The notes: generated by a model from the sequence alone, not told the origin. DNA of 64,000 nucleotides from Candidatus Saccharicenans subterraneus (GCA_003426165.1 QUAH01000003.1:43525-107524); one strand, 5' to 3'; counted from the stretch's first letter, positions 9,344-19,950 are shown. Numbers and translations are program-made.

Positions 9344-9766
9344 ATGAAGGTTCTGATAAAAAAAATCTCGCCCGAGGCCCGGACCCCGGTCTACGGGCAC
9401 AAGGGTGATGCCGGTTTTGACCTTTTTTCCTGTGTCCAGATGACACTCAACCCCGGGGAAACGGCGGCCGTGCCCACCGGGCTGCAGATGGCCATACCTT
9501 CCGGGTATGTCGGCCTGATCTGGGACAAGAGCGGGATTGCCCTGGGCGGGGTTCATCGCCTGGCCGGGGTGGTGGATGCCGGCTACCGGGGCGAGGTCAG
9601 GGTGGTCCTGACCAACCTGGGCAAGCAGCCTTTCCTCATAAACAGCGGGATGAAAATCGCCCAGATGCTCATTCAGCCGGTGCAGACGGTTGACATCGTC
9701 GAGGTTGATTCGCTCGACCAGACCAGCCGGGGCGAGGGCGGTTTCGGCTCGACCGGGCTGTACTGA
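9344..9766 (+). CDS. dut: dUTP diphosphatase
   Basis: 140 aa with GDAGFDLF and the other dUTPase motifs. AAGGAG RBS. Starts 4 nt after the nrdG stop. Confidence 0.85.
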   Translation: MKVLIKKISPEARTPVYGHKGDAGFDLFSCVQMTLNPGETAAVPTGLQMAIPSGYVGLIWDKSGIALGGVHRLAGVVDAGYRGEVRVVLTNLGKQPFLINSGMKIAQMLIQPVQTVDIVEVDSLDQTSRGEGGFGSTGLY

Positions 9767-9940
9767 CCGGGCCTGCCCTGCCAATAAAATCCAGTTTTCT
9801 AATTTCAGAATTAATTGGTAATAGATAAAGAGAAATTAATTCCCAGTTGCTGAATTAGAGGCTTCCCGCCAGAGGGGCTTAATAAAAAGATGAATCACTA
9901 AAAGGCCGGCAGCGCCGGCCGGCAGACCGGCTTCAATTAT

Positions 9941-10378
9941 TTATTGGTATTTCCCCATGATGTAATTCTGGAGATGCTCGATCGTAATTTTCTGGCTGGT
10001 GATGACCGACTTGACCACGTCGCCGATGGAGATGACCCCGACCAGCTTGTTTTCCTGGATAACCGGCAGGTGGCGGATTCTCTTTTCGGTCATCAGGGCC
10101 ATGCATTCTTCGGCCGTGCATTCCGGGTTGACGAAGTAGACCTGGGTGGTCATGATTTCCCTGACCGGAGTTTCCAGGGAGGATTTCCCCTTGAGGACAA
10201 CCTTGCGGGCGTAATCCCGCTCCGAGATAACGCCAACCACCTGGCCGCCTTCGACCACGATCAGGGCGCCGATTTCCCTTTCGGCCATGATTTTCAGGGC
10301 CTCGTAGACGGTGGTGTCCGGCGATACGGTCCAGACCTGGTGCCCTTTTTCCTCGAGCATTTGCTTAACCGTGATCAT
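9941..10378 (-). CDS. CBS domain pair protein
   Basis: 145 aa with two CBS repeats (GALIVVEGGQVVGVISERD; HLPVIQENKLVGVISIGD). AGGAGG RBS. Confidence 0.75.
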   Translation of the reverse strand: MITVKQMLEEKGHQVWTVSPDTTVYEALKIMAEREIGALIVVEGGQVVGVISERDYARKVVLKGKSSLETPVREIMTTQVYFVNPECTAEECMALMTEKRIRHLPVIQENKLVGVISIGDVVKSVITSQKITIEHLQNYIMGKYQ

Positions 10379-10465
10379 TCTCCCTCCTTGAAAAAAGCCG
10401 GCTGCCGAATTCAGAAGCCCGGCGCTATTTATATATTAGAATCCGCACCCGGTGTCAAATCGGCC

Positions 10466-11812
10466 TCAGTCAAAATAACCGGTCAGGTCGTCGCGGTTGA
10501 GCTTCTGCTCCAGGGCTACCCTGGCCACGGCCCTGGCCACGTTGCGATGCAATCCCCGGTCCAGGGCATTGGGCACAATTTCTCCGGTCGGGGCATAGTC
10601 GGCGATGGCCCTGGAGGCGGCCAGCAGCATTTCCCGGGTAATCCGGGGGACGTTGGCGTCCACCGCCCCGCGGAAGATGCCCGGAAAACCGAGGACGTTG
10701 TTGATGACCTTGCCGTCGGCGGCATAGGCCGCCCCGGCGGCCATGGCCTCTTCGGGTTCAATTTCCGGGTTGGGGTTGGACAGGGCCAGGATGATCTGGT
10801 CTTTTCTGACCATGTCTTTCTTGATAAGGCCGGGGACTCCGGTGGTGGCGATGACCACCTGGCAGGAGGCCATTATTTCCTTGAGGTCTGAAACCAGGCC
10901 GCCGGCCTGCTGGAGGCGGGCCGTGGCCTCCGGGTTGATGTCAGCTCCCTTGACCGGCCTGTCCAGGAAAAACATCAGCATCCGGGACAGGGCCAGCCCG
11001 GCCGCCCCCAGGCCGATAACCCCGATGCAGCTCTTTTTAAGGTCCCGGCCGGTCACCTTCGAAATATTAATCAGGGCGGCGGTCACCACGCAGGCGGTGC
11101 CGTGCTGGTCATCGTGCATGACCGGGATATCCAGCCGGGATTGCACCTGTTCTTCTATGTAGAAGCAGCGGGGAGCGGAAATATCTTCGAGCTGAATGGC
11201 GCTGAAGGTCGGCGCTATGTTGACCACGGTCTCGATGATTTGATCCGGGTCCTTGGTGTTGAGCAGAACGGGAACGGCTGACAGCCCGGTCAGGGTTTCC
11301 ATCAGGCTGGCCTTGCCTTCCATCACCGGCATGGCCGCCAGCGGGCCGACGTCTCCCAGCCCCAGGACGGCGCTGCCGTCGGTAACAATGGCCACCAGGT
11401 GGCGGATGGCCGTGTAACGCCTGGCCAGGGCCGGGTTTTTCTTGATGAGCAGGCTGACCTCGGCCACGCCCGGGGTATAAACTTTCCTGAGGACGCTGAT
11501 GTTATTAATCTCGTATCGGGAGCGCACGGCGATTTTGCCACCCTGGTGCATCTCCAGGACCTCGTCCCTTACTTCCAGCAGTTCGGCCCGGGGATAGGCC
11601 TTGACCGCTCTAATCACCCGCTCCAGGTGGGCCTCGTCGTCGACGAAGATGGTGATGTCTCTGTCCATGTAGTTCGTGCCCATGTGGATGATCTTGATTT
11701 CACCCACGTAGGCCTGTTCGGCCCCGATGGCCGACAGCAGGCCGCCAAAGATGCCTGGCTTCTGCAGCAGGCGGCAGCGCAGGGTCCGGACTAATTTATC
11801 TTCCCACCACAT
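10466..11812 (-). CDS. NAD(P)-dependent malic enzyme with N-terminal ACT-like domain
   Basis: 448 aa. VYTPGVAEV motif, Rossmann GLGAAGLAL, and a regulatory-domain-like N-terminus. AAGGAGA RBS. Confidence 0.8.
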   Translation of the reverse strand: MWWEDKLVRTLRCRLLQKPGIFGGLLSAIGAEQAYVGEIKIIHMGTNYMDRDITIFVDDEAHLERVIRAVKAYPRAELLEVRDEVLEMHQGGKIAVRSRYEINNISVLRKVYTPGVAEVSLLIKKNPALARRYTAIRHLVAIVTDGSAVLGLGDVGPLAAMPVMEGKASLMETLTGLSAVPVLLNTKDPDQIIETVVNIAPTFSAIQLEDISAPRCFYIEEQVQSRLDIPVMHDDQHGTACVVTAALINISKVTGRDLKKSCIGVIGLGAAGLALSRMLMFFLDRPVKGADINPEATARLQQAGGLVSDLKEIMASCQVVIATTGVPGLIKKDMVRKDQIILALSNPNPEIEPEEAMAAGAAYAADGKVINNVLGFPGIFRGAVDANVPRITREMLLAASRAIADYAPTGEIVPNALDRGLHRNVARAVARVALEQKLNRDDLTGYFD

Positions 11813-12288
11813 GATTTTTCTCCTTCTTTCTGGTTGGGAAACCTAATTATATAACTTTTTCTCGCGGGGCGGTATGGCTTTAGGCCCGGGTCTACCTGAT
11901 GTTTCTGGCAGGCCTGGGCCTGGAAATAAGTTTCAGAGCCAATTTATTTCATAATAAAGTCCTGCTGACTAAAGATTTCATTTAAGAACCGAAAGATGGC
12001 CAGGCCGAGAGCTGAACGTCCACGTTAAGGGAAGCAGTAACCTGTCGGTCAGGCTGCTTTCTGAATGCAAAGATGGGAGCTGGCAAACAGGGACCGGGCT
12101 GTGTCCTGAAAAATAATTGTCCTGAGGACCCTGGCCGGCTGGTCCATCAGGGCAGGATGGACGCAAATCAAGGCCAGCAGGTCCCGATCATAATAGAAAC
12201 TCATAACTACCTCAGCCATGGAATCAAAAAGTTGTGGAACGAGTTCGGGACTTGCGGACCGATCGGGCTTGGTTGCTTTAACTTGCGG

Positions 12289-15200
12289 TCAGAACTTCTT
12301 GCGGCTGAAATGATAATAGAAAATTGGAATCACCACGAATATGAACAGGGCCGAGGCGGTCAGCCCGCCCAGGGTGGCCAGGGCCAGGCTGGACCAGATC
12401 TGGCGCCGGCCGCTTTCCAGCTGTATCAGCAGCAGGGGAAGCAAGCCGAAGACCGTGGTGGCCGTGGTCATGAACACCGGACGGATTCTCTCTCTGGTGC
12501 CTTTAATAACCGCTTCCACCAGGCTCAACCCGGAATTCTTCCTGGTGTAATTGATGTGGTCAACCAGGATGATGGCGTTGTTGACCACGATCCCGGCCAG
12601 AAGTATCAGCCCGATGTAAGCCGAAGAGTCGAAAGGATAACCGGCGATGACGAAGGCCAGGAAAACACCGGCCAGAGACAGCGGAACCGCCAGCATGACT
12701 ATAAAGGGCTGGATGAATGACTCGTAAAGAGCGGCCAGGATGACGAAGATGATGGCCAGGGCGGCCAGCAGCCCGAACTTCAGCTGGGATTTTTCCTCGG
12801 TGGTCATAAAGTAGCTGTATTCCATGGTGGCGGTAAAACCCGGCGGCAGGCTGAGGGCTGAAAAAACAGCCTTGCGGTAATTTTCGGCAGCCTTGTAGGG
12901 TCCCTTGAATTCCCACATGACCGTCATCTGGAATTGCTGGTTTTCCCGGTAGATGGAGCCGGGTATCTGCTTTTCTTCCAGGGCCAGCAGGTCCCTGACC
13001 TGGAGCTGCTCTCCGGAAGGGGAGACCAGCAGCATCTCCAGCAGCCGGTTGAGCTCCTGGTTCTCGGCCTCGGGAAACTTGATTTCGATAAACCTTTCCT
13101 TCCCCTGGATGACGGCCTGGAGCCTGAGGCCGAAGGTTCCCCGGACCATGCTCTGCAACTGGTAGAAAACATAATTGGGGTCGAGGTTGTACCTGGCCAG
13201 GGCTTCTTCCTTGATCCTGAGCACGTACTCGGTCGAGGTGACGTCGCCCCAGTAGTACTGCCCGGTGATGGACTTGATTTCGCCCACCCTGGGATTCCGC
13301 CTGAGCCTGGTCTCCAGGTCAGAAGCGATGTCCTGAAGCTTTTTCAGGTTGTAGCCGTAGATCCTTATGTAGGAATCGAGGTAGCGGCCGGCGCTCATGG
13401 CTGAATAATAGCCCTGGGGGTCAAAGCCATAGACACCGATGCTGACCCCGGCAAAGTTGGTGGCCAGCCTGATGAGCTCGTCTTTCAGGATGTAGGGATG
13501 GGCCGAGAGTTCCACCTCGGGCGGGAAGGTTATGTCCAGGAAGCCCCGTTCGCTGAAGACCTGGCTGTTGACCTGTTTTTCGCAGGGGTAGGCCAGGGCC
13601 CGGTCTTCGAATTTCCGGATGAGCTCGTCGGTGGCCTCGATCCTGGTTCCGGCTGGCATGGTAACCGAAACGTTAAGCCGGTCCCGGGAATACCAGCGGA
13701 AAAACTCTCCGATGGTCACGTTTTTCTTGAAAGTCCGGTAGCTGCCGAAGGTGATGAGCCCGATTATCAGCAGGATTTCTACCGGGTGCTTCAGGCTGAA
13801 GCGGAGAATTTTTTCAAAAACAGAAAAGAAACGGCTGCCCGGCTTTTTCTTCCTCAGGAAAAGCAGTCGCGGGCTGAGGGCAGGGATCAGGGAAAAAGAG
13901 ACCAGGAGCGAGGTGGTAAGGGCCAGGGACATGACTATTCCCAGCGGCAGGTAGTAGATGCGCAACCTGCCCTGGAAAAACGGGAAACAGAAAAAGACCC
14001 CGATGGTGGTCAGGGTCGAGGCCAGCACCGGGGTAATGACCTGGCGGGCCCCCTCGACCGCGGCTTCCTTCGGTTCCAGGCCGGACTCCCTGAGCCTGAG
14101 GATGTTTTCAAAAACCACGATGGAATTGTCGACAAAAATCCCAAAACCCAGGGCCAGGGCTCCCAGGGTCAGCATGTTAAGGGAAATCTTGAAGAGGTAG
14201 ATGAAATTGAAGGATATGACCGCCGAAAAGATAACCGAGGACAGGATAAGCAGCGAGGGCGATAGCCTCCTGATGATGATGAAGATCATCAGGAAGATGA
14301 TCAGGGTGATGACCGCGGCCAGAAGGTAAAGATGGCGGAGGTTATCCAGGATTTCCTGGCTTTCGTCATCAACCACCCTGAAAATCAGGTCGGCCGGCAG
14401 GTTCTTCTTGACCTGTTCCAGCCGGTCCTTGACCTGCCTGGCCACTTTCAGGGTGTTCTTGCCCTTTTCCTTGAGGACCCGGAGCATGATGGTGGGCTGA
14501 CCGTTAATCCGGTTCAGGTGAAAAATCTCGGCGTACTCCAGGCTGATGGTGGCCACATCCTTCACCCTAACCGGGACCGGGCCCTGGTGACGCACTATCA
14601 ATTCACCCAGGTCCCGGGTGTCAGCGGGAGCCATGGCCACCCGCAGCAGGTATTCTTCCCGGTCTTTCTGGACCCTGGCCGAGGGGTAAACCTCGAGGGC
14701 CTGGACCAGGGCCTGGACAATCATATAAGGATGAAGGCCCAGGTCCCTCAGCTTTTTCTGGTCGAGGGTCAGGCGGACGTTGAGGTCAGAACCGCCGCTG
14801 ACTTCCACTTTGGAAACGCCGTTAATCGACCCCAGCCCGATTTCCAGCCGGTCCTTGACAATTTCCCTGAGGGTCTGCAGCGGGTAATTGCCGGAGATGG
14901 TGTAGGTCAGGAAGGGCCTGACCCTGAAATCCTCGGGAATGTATGGCTCAACCACCGGCTTGACCCCGTAGGGGAGCTCCGGTAGAACCCGCCCGATGGC
15001 TTCTCTCAGGGCCAGGTTGGCGAATTCCAGGTTGACCTTGGGGTCGAATTCAATGGTCAGCCGGCAGGAGCCAATGTTGCTGGTGGAGCTGATCTTGCGA
15101 ATGCCCCTGACGGTCAGGACCGCTTCTTCCAGGATGGCTGTGACCTGGGTCTGCATGACCTCGGGCGAGGCTCCGGGCCAGGAGGCGGACAGGTCAACCC

Positions 15201-15321
15201 GGGGAAATTCCTCCTGGGGGGCCAGTTCCAGCGGAATGTGGAACAGAGAATAAAGACCGAGGGCCAGCAGGGCCAGGTAGACCATCAGGGTGGCCACCGG
15301 TCGCTCTATGAAGAATTTCAT
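12289..15321 (-). CDS. RND efflux permease (AcrB/HAE1 family, MdtC-like second permease)
   Basis: 1010 aa with 12 TM segments and two large periplasmic loops. N-terminus MKFFIERPVATLM. Starts 22 nt after the upstream RND stop. Confidence 0.85.
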   Translation of the reverse strand: MKFFIERPVATLMVYLALLALGLYSLFHIPLELAPQEEFPRVDLSASWPGASPEVMQTQVTAILEEAVLTVRGIRKISSTSNIGSCRLTIEFDPKVNLEFANLALREAIGRVLPELPYGVKPVVEPYIPEDFRVRPFLTYTISGNYPLQTLREIVKDRLEIGLGSINGVSKVEVSGGSDLNVRLTLDQKKLRDLGLHPYMIVQALVQALEVYPSARVQKDREEYLLRVAMAPADTRDLGELIVRHQGPVPVRVKDVATISLEYAEIFHLNRINGQPTIMLRVLKEKGKNTLKVARQVKDRLEQVKKNLPADLIFRVVDDESQEILDNLRHLYLLAAVITLIIFLMIFIIIRRLSPSLLILSSVIFSAVISFNFIYLFKISLNMLTLGALALGFGIFVDNSIVVFENILRLRESGLEPKEAAVEGARQVITPVLASTLTTIGVFFCFPFFQGRLRIYYLPLGIVMSLALTTSLLVSFSLIPALSPRLLFLRKKKPGSRFFSVFEKILRFSLKHPVEILLIIGLITFGSYRTFKKNVTIGEFFRWYSRDRLNVSVTMPAGTRIEATDELIRKFEDRALAYPCEKQVNSQVFSERGFLDITFPPEVELSAHPYILKDELIRLATNFAGVSIGVYGFDPQGYYSAMSAGRYLDSYIRIYGYNLKKLQDIASDLETRLRRNPRVGEIKSITGQYYWGDVTSTEYVLRIKEEALARYNLDPNYVFYQLQSMVRGTFGLRLQAVIQGKERFIEIKFPEAENQELNRLLEMLLVSPSGEQLQVRDLLALEEKQIPGSIYRENQQFQMTVMWEFKGPYKAAENYRKAVFSALSLPPGFTATMEYSYFMTTEEKSQLKFGLLAALAIIFVILAALYESFIQPFIVMLAVPLSLAGVFLAFVIAGYPFDSSAYIGLILLAGIVVNNAIILVDHINYTRKNSGLSLVEAVIKGTRERIRPVFMTTATTVFGLLPLLLIQLESGRRQIWSSLALATLGGLTASALFIFVVIPIFYYHFSRKKF

Positions 15322-15342
15322 CTTGGCTCAACCCGTAAAGAT

Positions 15343-18300
15343 TCAAGCCTCCCGCTTCCTGAGCCTGGTCTCCACGAATTCATAAAGAACCGGGATGAGA
15401 ACCAGGGTCAGAAAGAGCGAGGAGGTCAGCCCGCCGATGACGGCTATGGCCAGCGGCCGCAGCAGTTCGGCTCCCCGCCCCAGGCCCAGGGCCATGGGAA
15501 TCAGCCCGGCCACCGTGCTCAGGGTCGACATCATGATCGGCCGCAGACGGGTGGCCGTTCCTTCCACCACCGCCCGCCGCAGTGGGTGCCCCTCGCGCCG
15601 CAGCTGGTTGATGTAATCTATCTCCACTATGGCATTGTTGACCACGATGCCCACCAGGACCACCACCCCGATCAGGGAGATGACGTTCAGGCTCTGCCCG
15701 GTGGCCAGGAGCAGCAGGACAGTTCCTACTAATCCCATCGGAATAGTAAACATTATCAGGAAGGGGTGGAGCAGGGACTCGAACTGGGCGGCCATGATCA
15801 TGTAAATCAGGACCACGGCCATCAGGAAGGCCAGGAGCAGCGAGCGGAAGCTGGTGGTCATTTCCTCCCTCTCGCCGCCAAACAGGATGCGGTATTCGGC
15901 CGGCAGGTTCATCTGCCGGATCAGGCCCTGGATGTCCGGGACTACCCGGCTGAACTTCCGGCCCCTGAGGTTGGCCGTGATCAGGATTTCCCGCTCCTGG
16001 TTTTCGCGCCTGATCTCATTCATTCCCTCCACCGGCTCGTAGCTGACCAGTTCCCGCAGCGGGATGAGCGACTGGCCGAAAGGATAGAAGGAATCGAGCA
16101 CCCGGTCGACCGTCTTCCTGGATTCCGGTTCCAGCCAGACCCGGACGTCGTACTTCTTTTCCATTTCCCGGTACTTGGTGGCCAGCGTTCCCCTGATGGC
16201 CTGGACCAGGAAGCTGGCCAGCTCTCCGGGGGACAGGTTGGGATACCGGGCCAGGGCCTCCCGGTTTATTTTTATCAGGAGTTGAGGTTTTCCCTTTTGC
16301 AGGTTGAGGTTGACATCGGTCAGGCCGGGAACGGCCCGCAATTTCCCGGCAAACTCCTGGGCCACCCGTCGCAGGATGTCCAGGTTCTGACCCTTGACCT
16401 TGAGCATGACCTGGCCCGAAGTCAGGGCCAGGAATTCGCCCAGGGTGGTCTGCTCCCGGCTGACGGAATAGGCCAGTTCCGGGAAACCGGACAGGTATTT
16501 CCTGGTGCTGGCCATCAGTCCCTCCAGCGCCCTGGAATTCCTGGCTTCAACCGTCACCACCGCCGAATTGACCGAGACATCAGGGCGGAAGGATTCGCTG
16601 CTGGAAATTATGCCCACCTGGGAAAAGACGCGGCGGCAATCCGGTTGCTGGCGCAGCCAGTTTTCAACCAGCGAAACGATTTCCTCGGTCTGCGGCAGCG
16701 AATATTCGGCCGGGGTCTTCAGGCTGAGGCTGAAACTTGAGGTCCGGATGGGCGGCATCAGTTCCCGCGGCAGAACCAGGCCCAGCACCAGGATCAGCGA
16801 GAAAAGAACTGCGGCCAGGTAGAAGGTGGTTTTCTTGTGGTCGAGCGACCAGTTCAGGTAGAAAGAATGCCGGCCCACGAATTTCTGGTAGGTCCGGTTA
16901 AAAGACCGGAAGATGGCCTCGAAAACTGGTTTCAACAGGCCTGAGATGAAGCCTAAAATCCGGCCCAGAACCCAGCCGACTCCTCTGGCCGCGGTGGCCA
17001 GCAACCAGGATAGCAGCAGGACCAGGTTGTATAGTACGAACTTGAGACCCAGCCAGGGATAGAGCCACCAGCCCCTTGCTCCGGCTTCGGTCTGAATTTT
17101 CCTGAAGCCAAGGAAATTCAAGCGGGGCAGGACTCGTTCCGGCCAGGATATCAATCTTTCGCGAGAGGCCAGCATCGGCAGCAGGGTGACCGAGACCAGC
17201 AGGGCCGAAAGCAGGGTATAGGTCACGGTCAGGGCCGTGTCCCTGAACAGCTGCCCGGCCAGGCCCTTAACGTAAATCACCGGCAGAAAAACCACGATGG
17301 TGGTCAGGACTGAAGCCACCACCGGGCTGATAACCTCGCGGGTGCCCAGGCTGGCCGCTTCCCTGACCGGCCTTCCCAGCTGGCGGTGCCGGAAGATGTT
17401 TTCCGAAACCACCACGGCCGTATCGTCCAGCATGCCCACTCCCAGGGCCAGGCCTCCCAGCGACATCAGGTTCAGCGTGATGTCGCGGAGAAAAAGAATG
17501 TTAAAAACCCCGATGATGGAGATGGGGATGACCGTTCCTATGATCAGCGGCGACTTCCATTCCTGGAGGAAAATCAGCAGGGTCAGGAAGGCCAGGATGG
17601 CTCCCTGGATAATCTCTTCCCTGGTGGAGTCTATGGCGCTCTGGATGTAGCCGGCCTGCTCGGAGATGACCTCGAGATTTATCTCCGGGTTTTCTTTCCT
17701 GATTTGCTCAATGACCTCCCTGGCGGCCCGGGTGACTTTCACCGTGTTGGTCCCGTATTCTTTTCTGACCAGCAGCCCGATGCTATCCTGGCCGTTCAAC
17801 CTGGTGGTGCCCTCGCGTTCCTTGATGGTGTCAACCACCCGGCCGATATGTTTCAACAGGACCACGCCCCCATCCCCGGTGAACTTGACCGGGATGTCTT
17901 CAATTTGGCCGACCCGGCTGAACTCTCCGGCGATCCTGAGAGAATAGATGAATTTTCCCTTGAGGATGGTCCCGCCCTGCAGGCTGCGGTTAAAACTGGC
18001 TACCTTCTGGGAGACGGTCTCAATGTTCAGCCCGTAGGCGGCCAGCTTTTCCGGGTCCACCTCCACCTGGATTTCTCTTTCCACCCCGCCGGTTATTTCT
18101 ACCGCGGCGATTCCTTCAATCTGCTCCAGCCTGGGCTTGATCATTTCCTCGGCCAGTTCCTTTAGTTCCAGCAGGCTTCGCTCCCCGGTCAGGGCCAGGG
18201 TCATGATGGGACTGCTCTGGGGGTCGAGCGAGATGATGACCGGCTTTTCGCAGCCCTCGGGCAGGCTGTCCCGGGCCGAGTCCAGCCGTTCCCGGGTGTG

Positions 18301-18618
18301 GAGCAGGGCAAAGTCCATGTCGGTGCCCCAGGTGAACTCTAGGCTGATAAAGGAAAAACCCTCCTTGGACACGGACTCCATCCGGCGCAGCCCGGGAATC
18401 CGGCTGACCGAGGTTTCCAGGGGTACGGTAACCAGCATTTCCACTTCTTCCGGGGCCACTCCCGGATACTGGGTGATGACCGACAGGCGCGGATAACTGA
18501 TGGAAGGAAGAAGGTCGATACTGAGATGACCGAGTGAGACCACCCCCAGCAAAATGATGGCAATGAAGAACATCAGGGTGGTGACCGGTCGCTCTATGGA
18601 AAATCGGGCGGGGTTCAT
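15343..18618 (-). CDS. RND efflux permease (AcrB/HAE1 family, MdtB-like first permease)
   Basis: About 1092 aa counted from the internal ATG at 18618 (MNPARFSIERPVTTLM), which has a GGAGG RBS 7 nt upstream. The track's 18672 start adds 18 non-conserved residues. Confidence 0.85.
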   Translation of the reverse strand: MNPARFSIERPVTTLMFFIAIILLGVVSLGHLSIDLLPSISYPRLSVITQYPGVAPEEVEMLVTVPLETSVSRIPGLRRMESVSKEGFSFISLEFTWGTDMDFALLHTRERLDSARDSLPEGCEKPVIISLDPQSSPIMTLALTGERSLLELKELAEEMIKPRLEQIEGIAAVEITGGVEREIQVEVDPEKLAAYGLNIETVSQKVASFNRSLQGGTILKGKFIYSLRIAGEFSRVGQIEDIPVKFTGDGGVVLLKHIGRVVDTIKEREGTTRLNGQDSIGLLVRKEYGTNTVKVTRAAREVIEQIRKENPEINLEVISEQAGYIQSAIDSTREEIIQGAILAFLTLLIFLQEWKSPLIIGTVIPISIIGVFNILFLRDITLNLMSLGGLALGVGMLDDTAVVVSENIFRHRQLGRPVREAASLGTREVISPVVASVLTTIVVFLPVIYVKGLAGQLFRDTALTVTYTLLSALLVSVTLLPMLASRERLISWPERVLPRLNFLGFRKIQTEAGARGWWLYPWLGLKFVLYNLVLLLSWLLATAARGVGWVLGRILGFISGLLKPVFEAIFRSFNRTYQKFVGRHSFYLNWSLDHKKTTFYLAAVLFSLILVLGLVLPRELMPPIRTSSFSLSLKTPAEYSLPQTEEIVSLVENWLRQQPDCRRVFSQVGIISSSESFRPDVSVNSAVVTVEARNSRALEGLMASTRKYLSGFPELAYSVSREQTTLGEFLALTSGQVMLKVKGQNLDILRRVAQEFAGKLRAVPGLTDVNLNLQKGKPQLLIKINREALARYPNLSPGELASFLVQAIRGTLATKYREMEKKYDVRVWLEPESRKTVDRVLDSFYPFGQSLIPLRELVSYEPVEGMNEIRRENQEREILITANLRGRKFSRVVPDIQGLIRQMNLPAEYRILFGGEREEMTTSFRSLLLAFLMAVVLIYMIMAAQFESLLHPFLIMFTIPMGLVGTVLLLLATGQSLNVISLIGVVVLVGIVVNNAIVEIDYINQLRREGHPLRRAVVEGTATRLRPIMMSTLSTVAGLIPMALGLGRGAELLRPLAIAVIGGLTSSLFLTLVLIPVLYEFVETRLRKREA

Positions 18619-18643
18619 GGTCGCTCCTCCCGCTTCGTTTTCT

Positions 18644-19882
18644 TCATTCCACCACACGAACTGGCGAGTCATGGGCCAGAGTCAGGTGTCCCTCGACGAT
18701 GACCTGTTCTCCTTCCTTAACCCCGTCCAGCACTTCCACGAACTGCTCGTTTTCTTCCCCGGTCTGGATGTAACGCCACTTGGCCAGGCCGTTTTCTATT
18801 ACGAAAACCAGCGGCCGGCCACCCCGGACCAGGACCGCCGCCTGTGGTACAAGCAGCCGGCCCGGGAAAACCTCGGAAACTATTTCCACCTCGGCATGCA
18901 TGCCGGGCTTTATTTCTCCAGAGGGATTGTCCAGGTGGATGAAAACGCTGCAGGTCTTTTCCGTGGGGCTGACCAGCGGACTGATGGCCGCCACCCGGCC
19001 TCGAAAAACCTTTCCCGGGTAAGCCGAGAAACGGACATCGGCTTCCCGGCCGAGCCTGACCTTGCCGATCAGGGTCTCCAGGACCTTGGCTTCAATTTTA
19101 AGCTGGCCGAGGTTGACCAGGGTGCATATTTCCCGTCCAATCTCAATGTTTTCTCCGGGAGCTACTTTGATCTGGGTGACCACCCCGGAAAATGGGGCGG
19201 TGATCCTGGTCTTTTCCAGTTCCATCTTGGCCCGCTTGACGCTGACCTCGGCCTGGGTCAGTCCCTTGGAAGCAGCAATGATCTCATCCCTCTTAAGGCC
19301 GCTGCCGATCAGGGCCAGTTCATACTCACGGCGGGCCCGGTCCAGCTCGGCCTGACCTAATCGGCCCTCACTGTAGGCGGCCTCGGCCTGGAGAAAGGTC
19401 TCCTCCGCTTTTTTAAGCTTTTCCAGGTCTTCAGGGCTTCCGCTGAGGTCGGGTTGCTGGAAAAAACGGTCCAGCAGCAGCTCCGACAGGGCCTTAAGCC
19501 GGGTGGCCTCTTCCTGCTCCAGTTGCAGCCGGTAGGGTGTGTCGTCCAGCTCGGCCAGGACTTCCCCGGCGCGAACCGCCTGGCCTTCCTGGATGTTGAG
19601 CTTTTTAAGCACTCCCTTGACCTCGGCCTTGAGGACAACTTTTCTCTCGGTGAAGACTTCGCCCGGAGACTTGATCCTTTTTTCCAGGTCGGCCACCCGG
19701 GCCGTGGCCACCTTGACCGGGAGGGGAGCTGCGGTCTGGGTTTCGGTGGCGGCGGTAGCCGAAGCGGATTCGGCCCCGCCCGAATTTCCCCCGGGCGTTT
19801 TTCTTAAAAGCCGCCAGGCACCCAGGGAAAGAACAATAATAATGATAAGGGTGATGACCAGGAGCCTTGACCTTTTACTCAT
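18644..19882 (-). CDS. RND efflux periplasmic adaptor (membrane fusion protein, HlyD family)
   Basis: 412 aa. N-terminal TM anchor, coiled-coil region, then beta-barrel/lipoyl-like segments. Ends 26 nt before the RND start, so operon order is MFP-RND-RND. Confidence 0.8.
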   Translation of the reverse strand: MSKRSRLLVITLIIIIVLSLGAWRLLRKTPGGNSGGAESASATAATETQTAAPLPVKVATARVADLEKRIKSPGEVFTERKVVLKAEVKGVLKKLNIQEGQAVRAGEVLAELDDTPYRLQLEQEEATRLKALSELLLDRFFQQPDLSGSPEDLEKLKKAEETFLQAEAAYSEGRLGQAELDRARREYELALIGSGLKRDEIIAASKGLTQAEVSVKRAKMELEKTRITAPFSGVVTQIKVAPGENIEIGREICTLVNLGQLKIEAKVLETLIGKVRLGREADVRFSAYPGKVFRGRVAAISPLVSPTEKTCSVFIHLDNPSGEIKPGMHAEVEIVSEVFPGRLLVPQAAVLVRGGRPLVFVIENGLAKWRYIQTGEENEQFVEVLDGVKEGEQVIVEGHLTLAHDSPVRVVE

Positions 19883-19950
19883 TTTTTCCGCCTGTAGCCG
19901 ATTTAAATTTACATTACTTTATAACGACGTAAAAAGTCAAAAGTTTTCTC

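Noticed and set aside
9944-10891. 315-aa plus-strand ORF spanning the CBS and malic enzyme genes
   Set aside because: It is antisense to two well-supported minus-strand genes. Its composition is G/D/H-rich.
12934-14985. Several plus-strand ORFs (12934-13404, 13498-14265, 14332-14985) inside the RND permease gene
   Set aside because: They are antisense frames of a 1010-aa AcrB-family gene with continuous TM/periplasmic architecture.
15766-18165. Plus-strand ORFs 15766-16740 and 17386-18165 inside the first RND gene
   Set aside because: Same antisense reasoning. Q/G/D/H-rich low-complexity translations.
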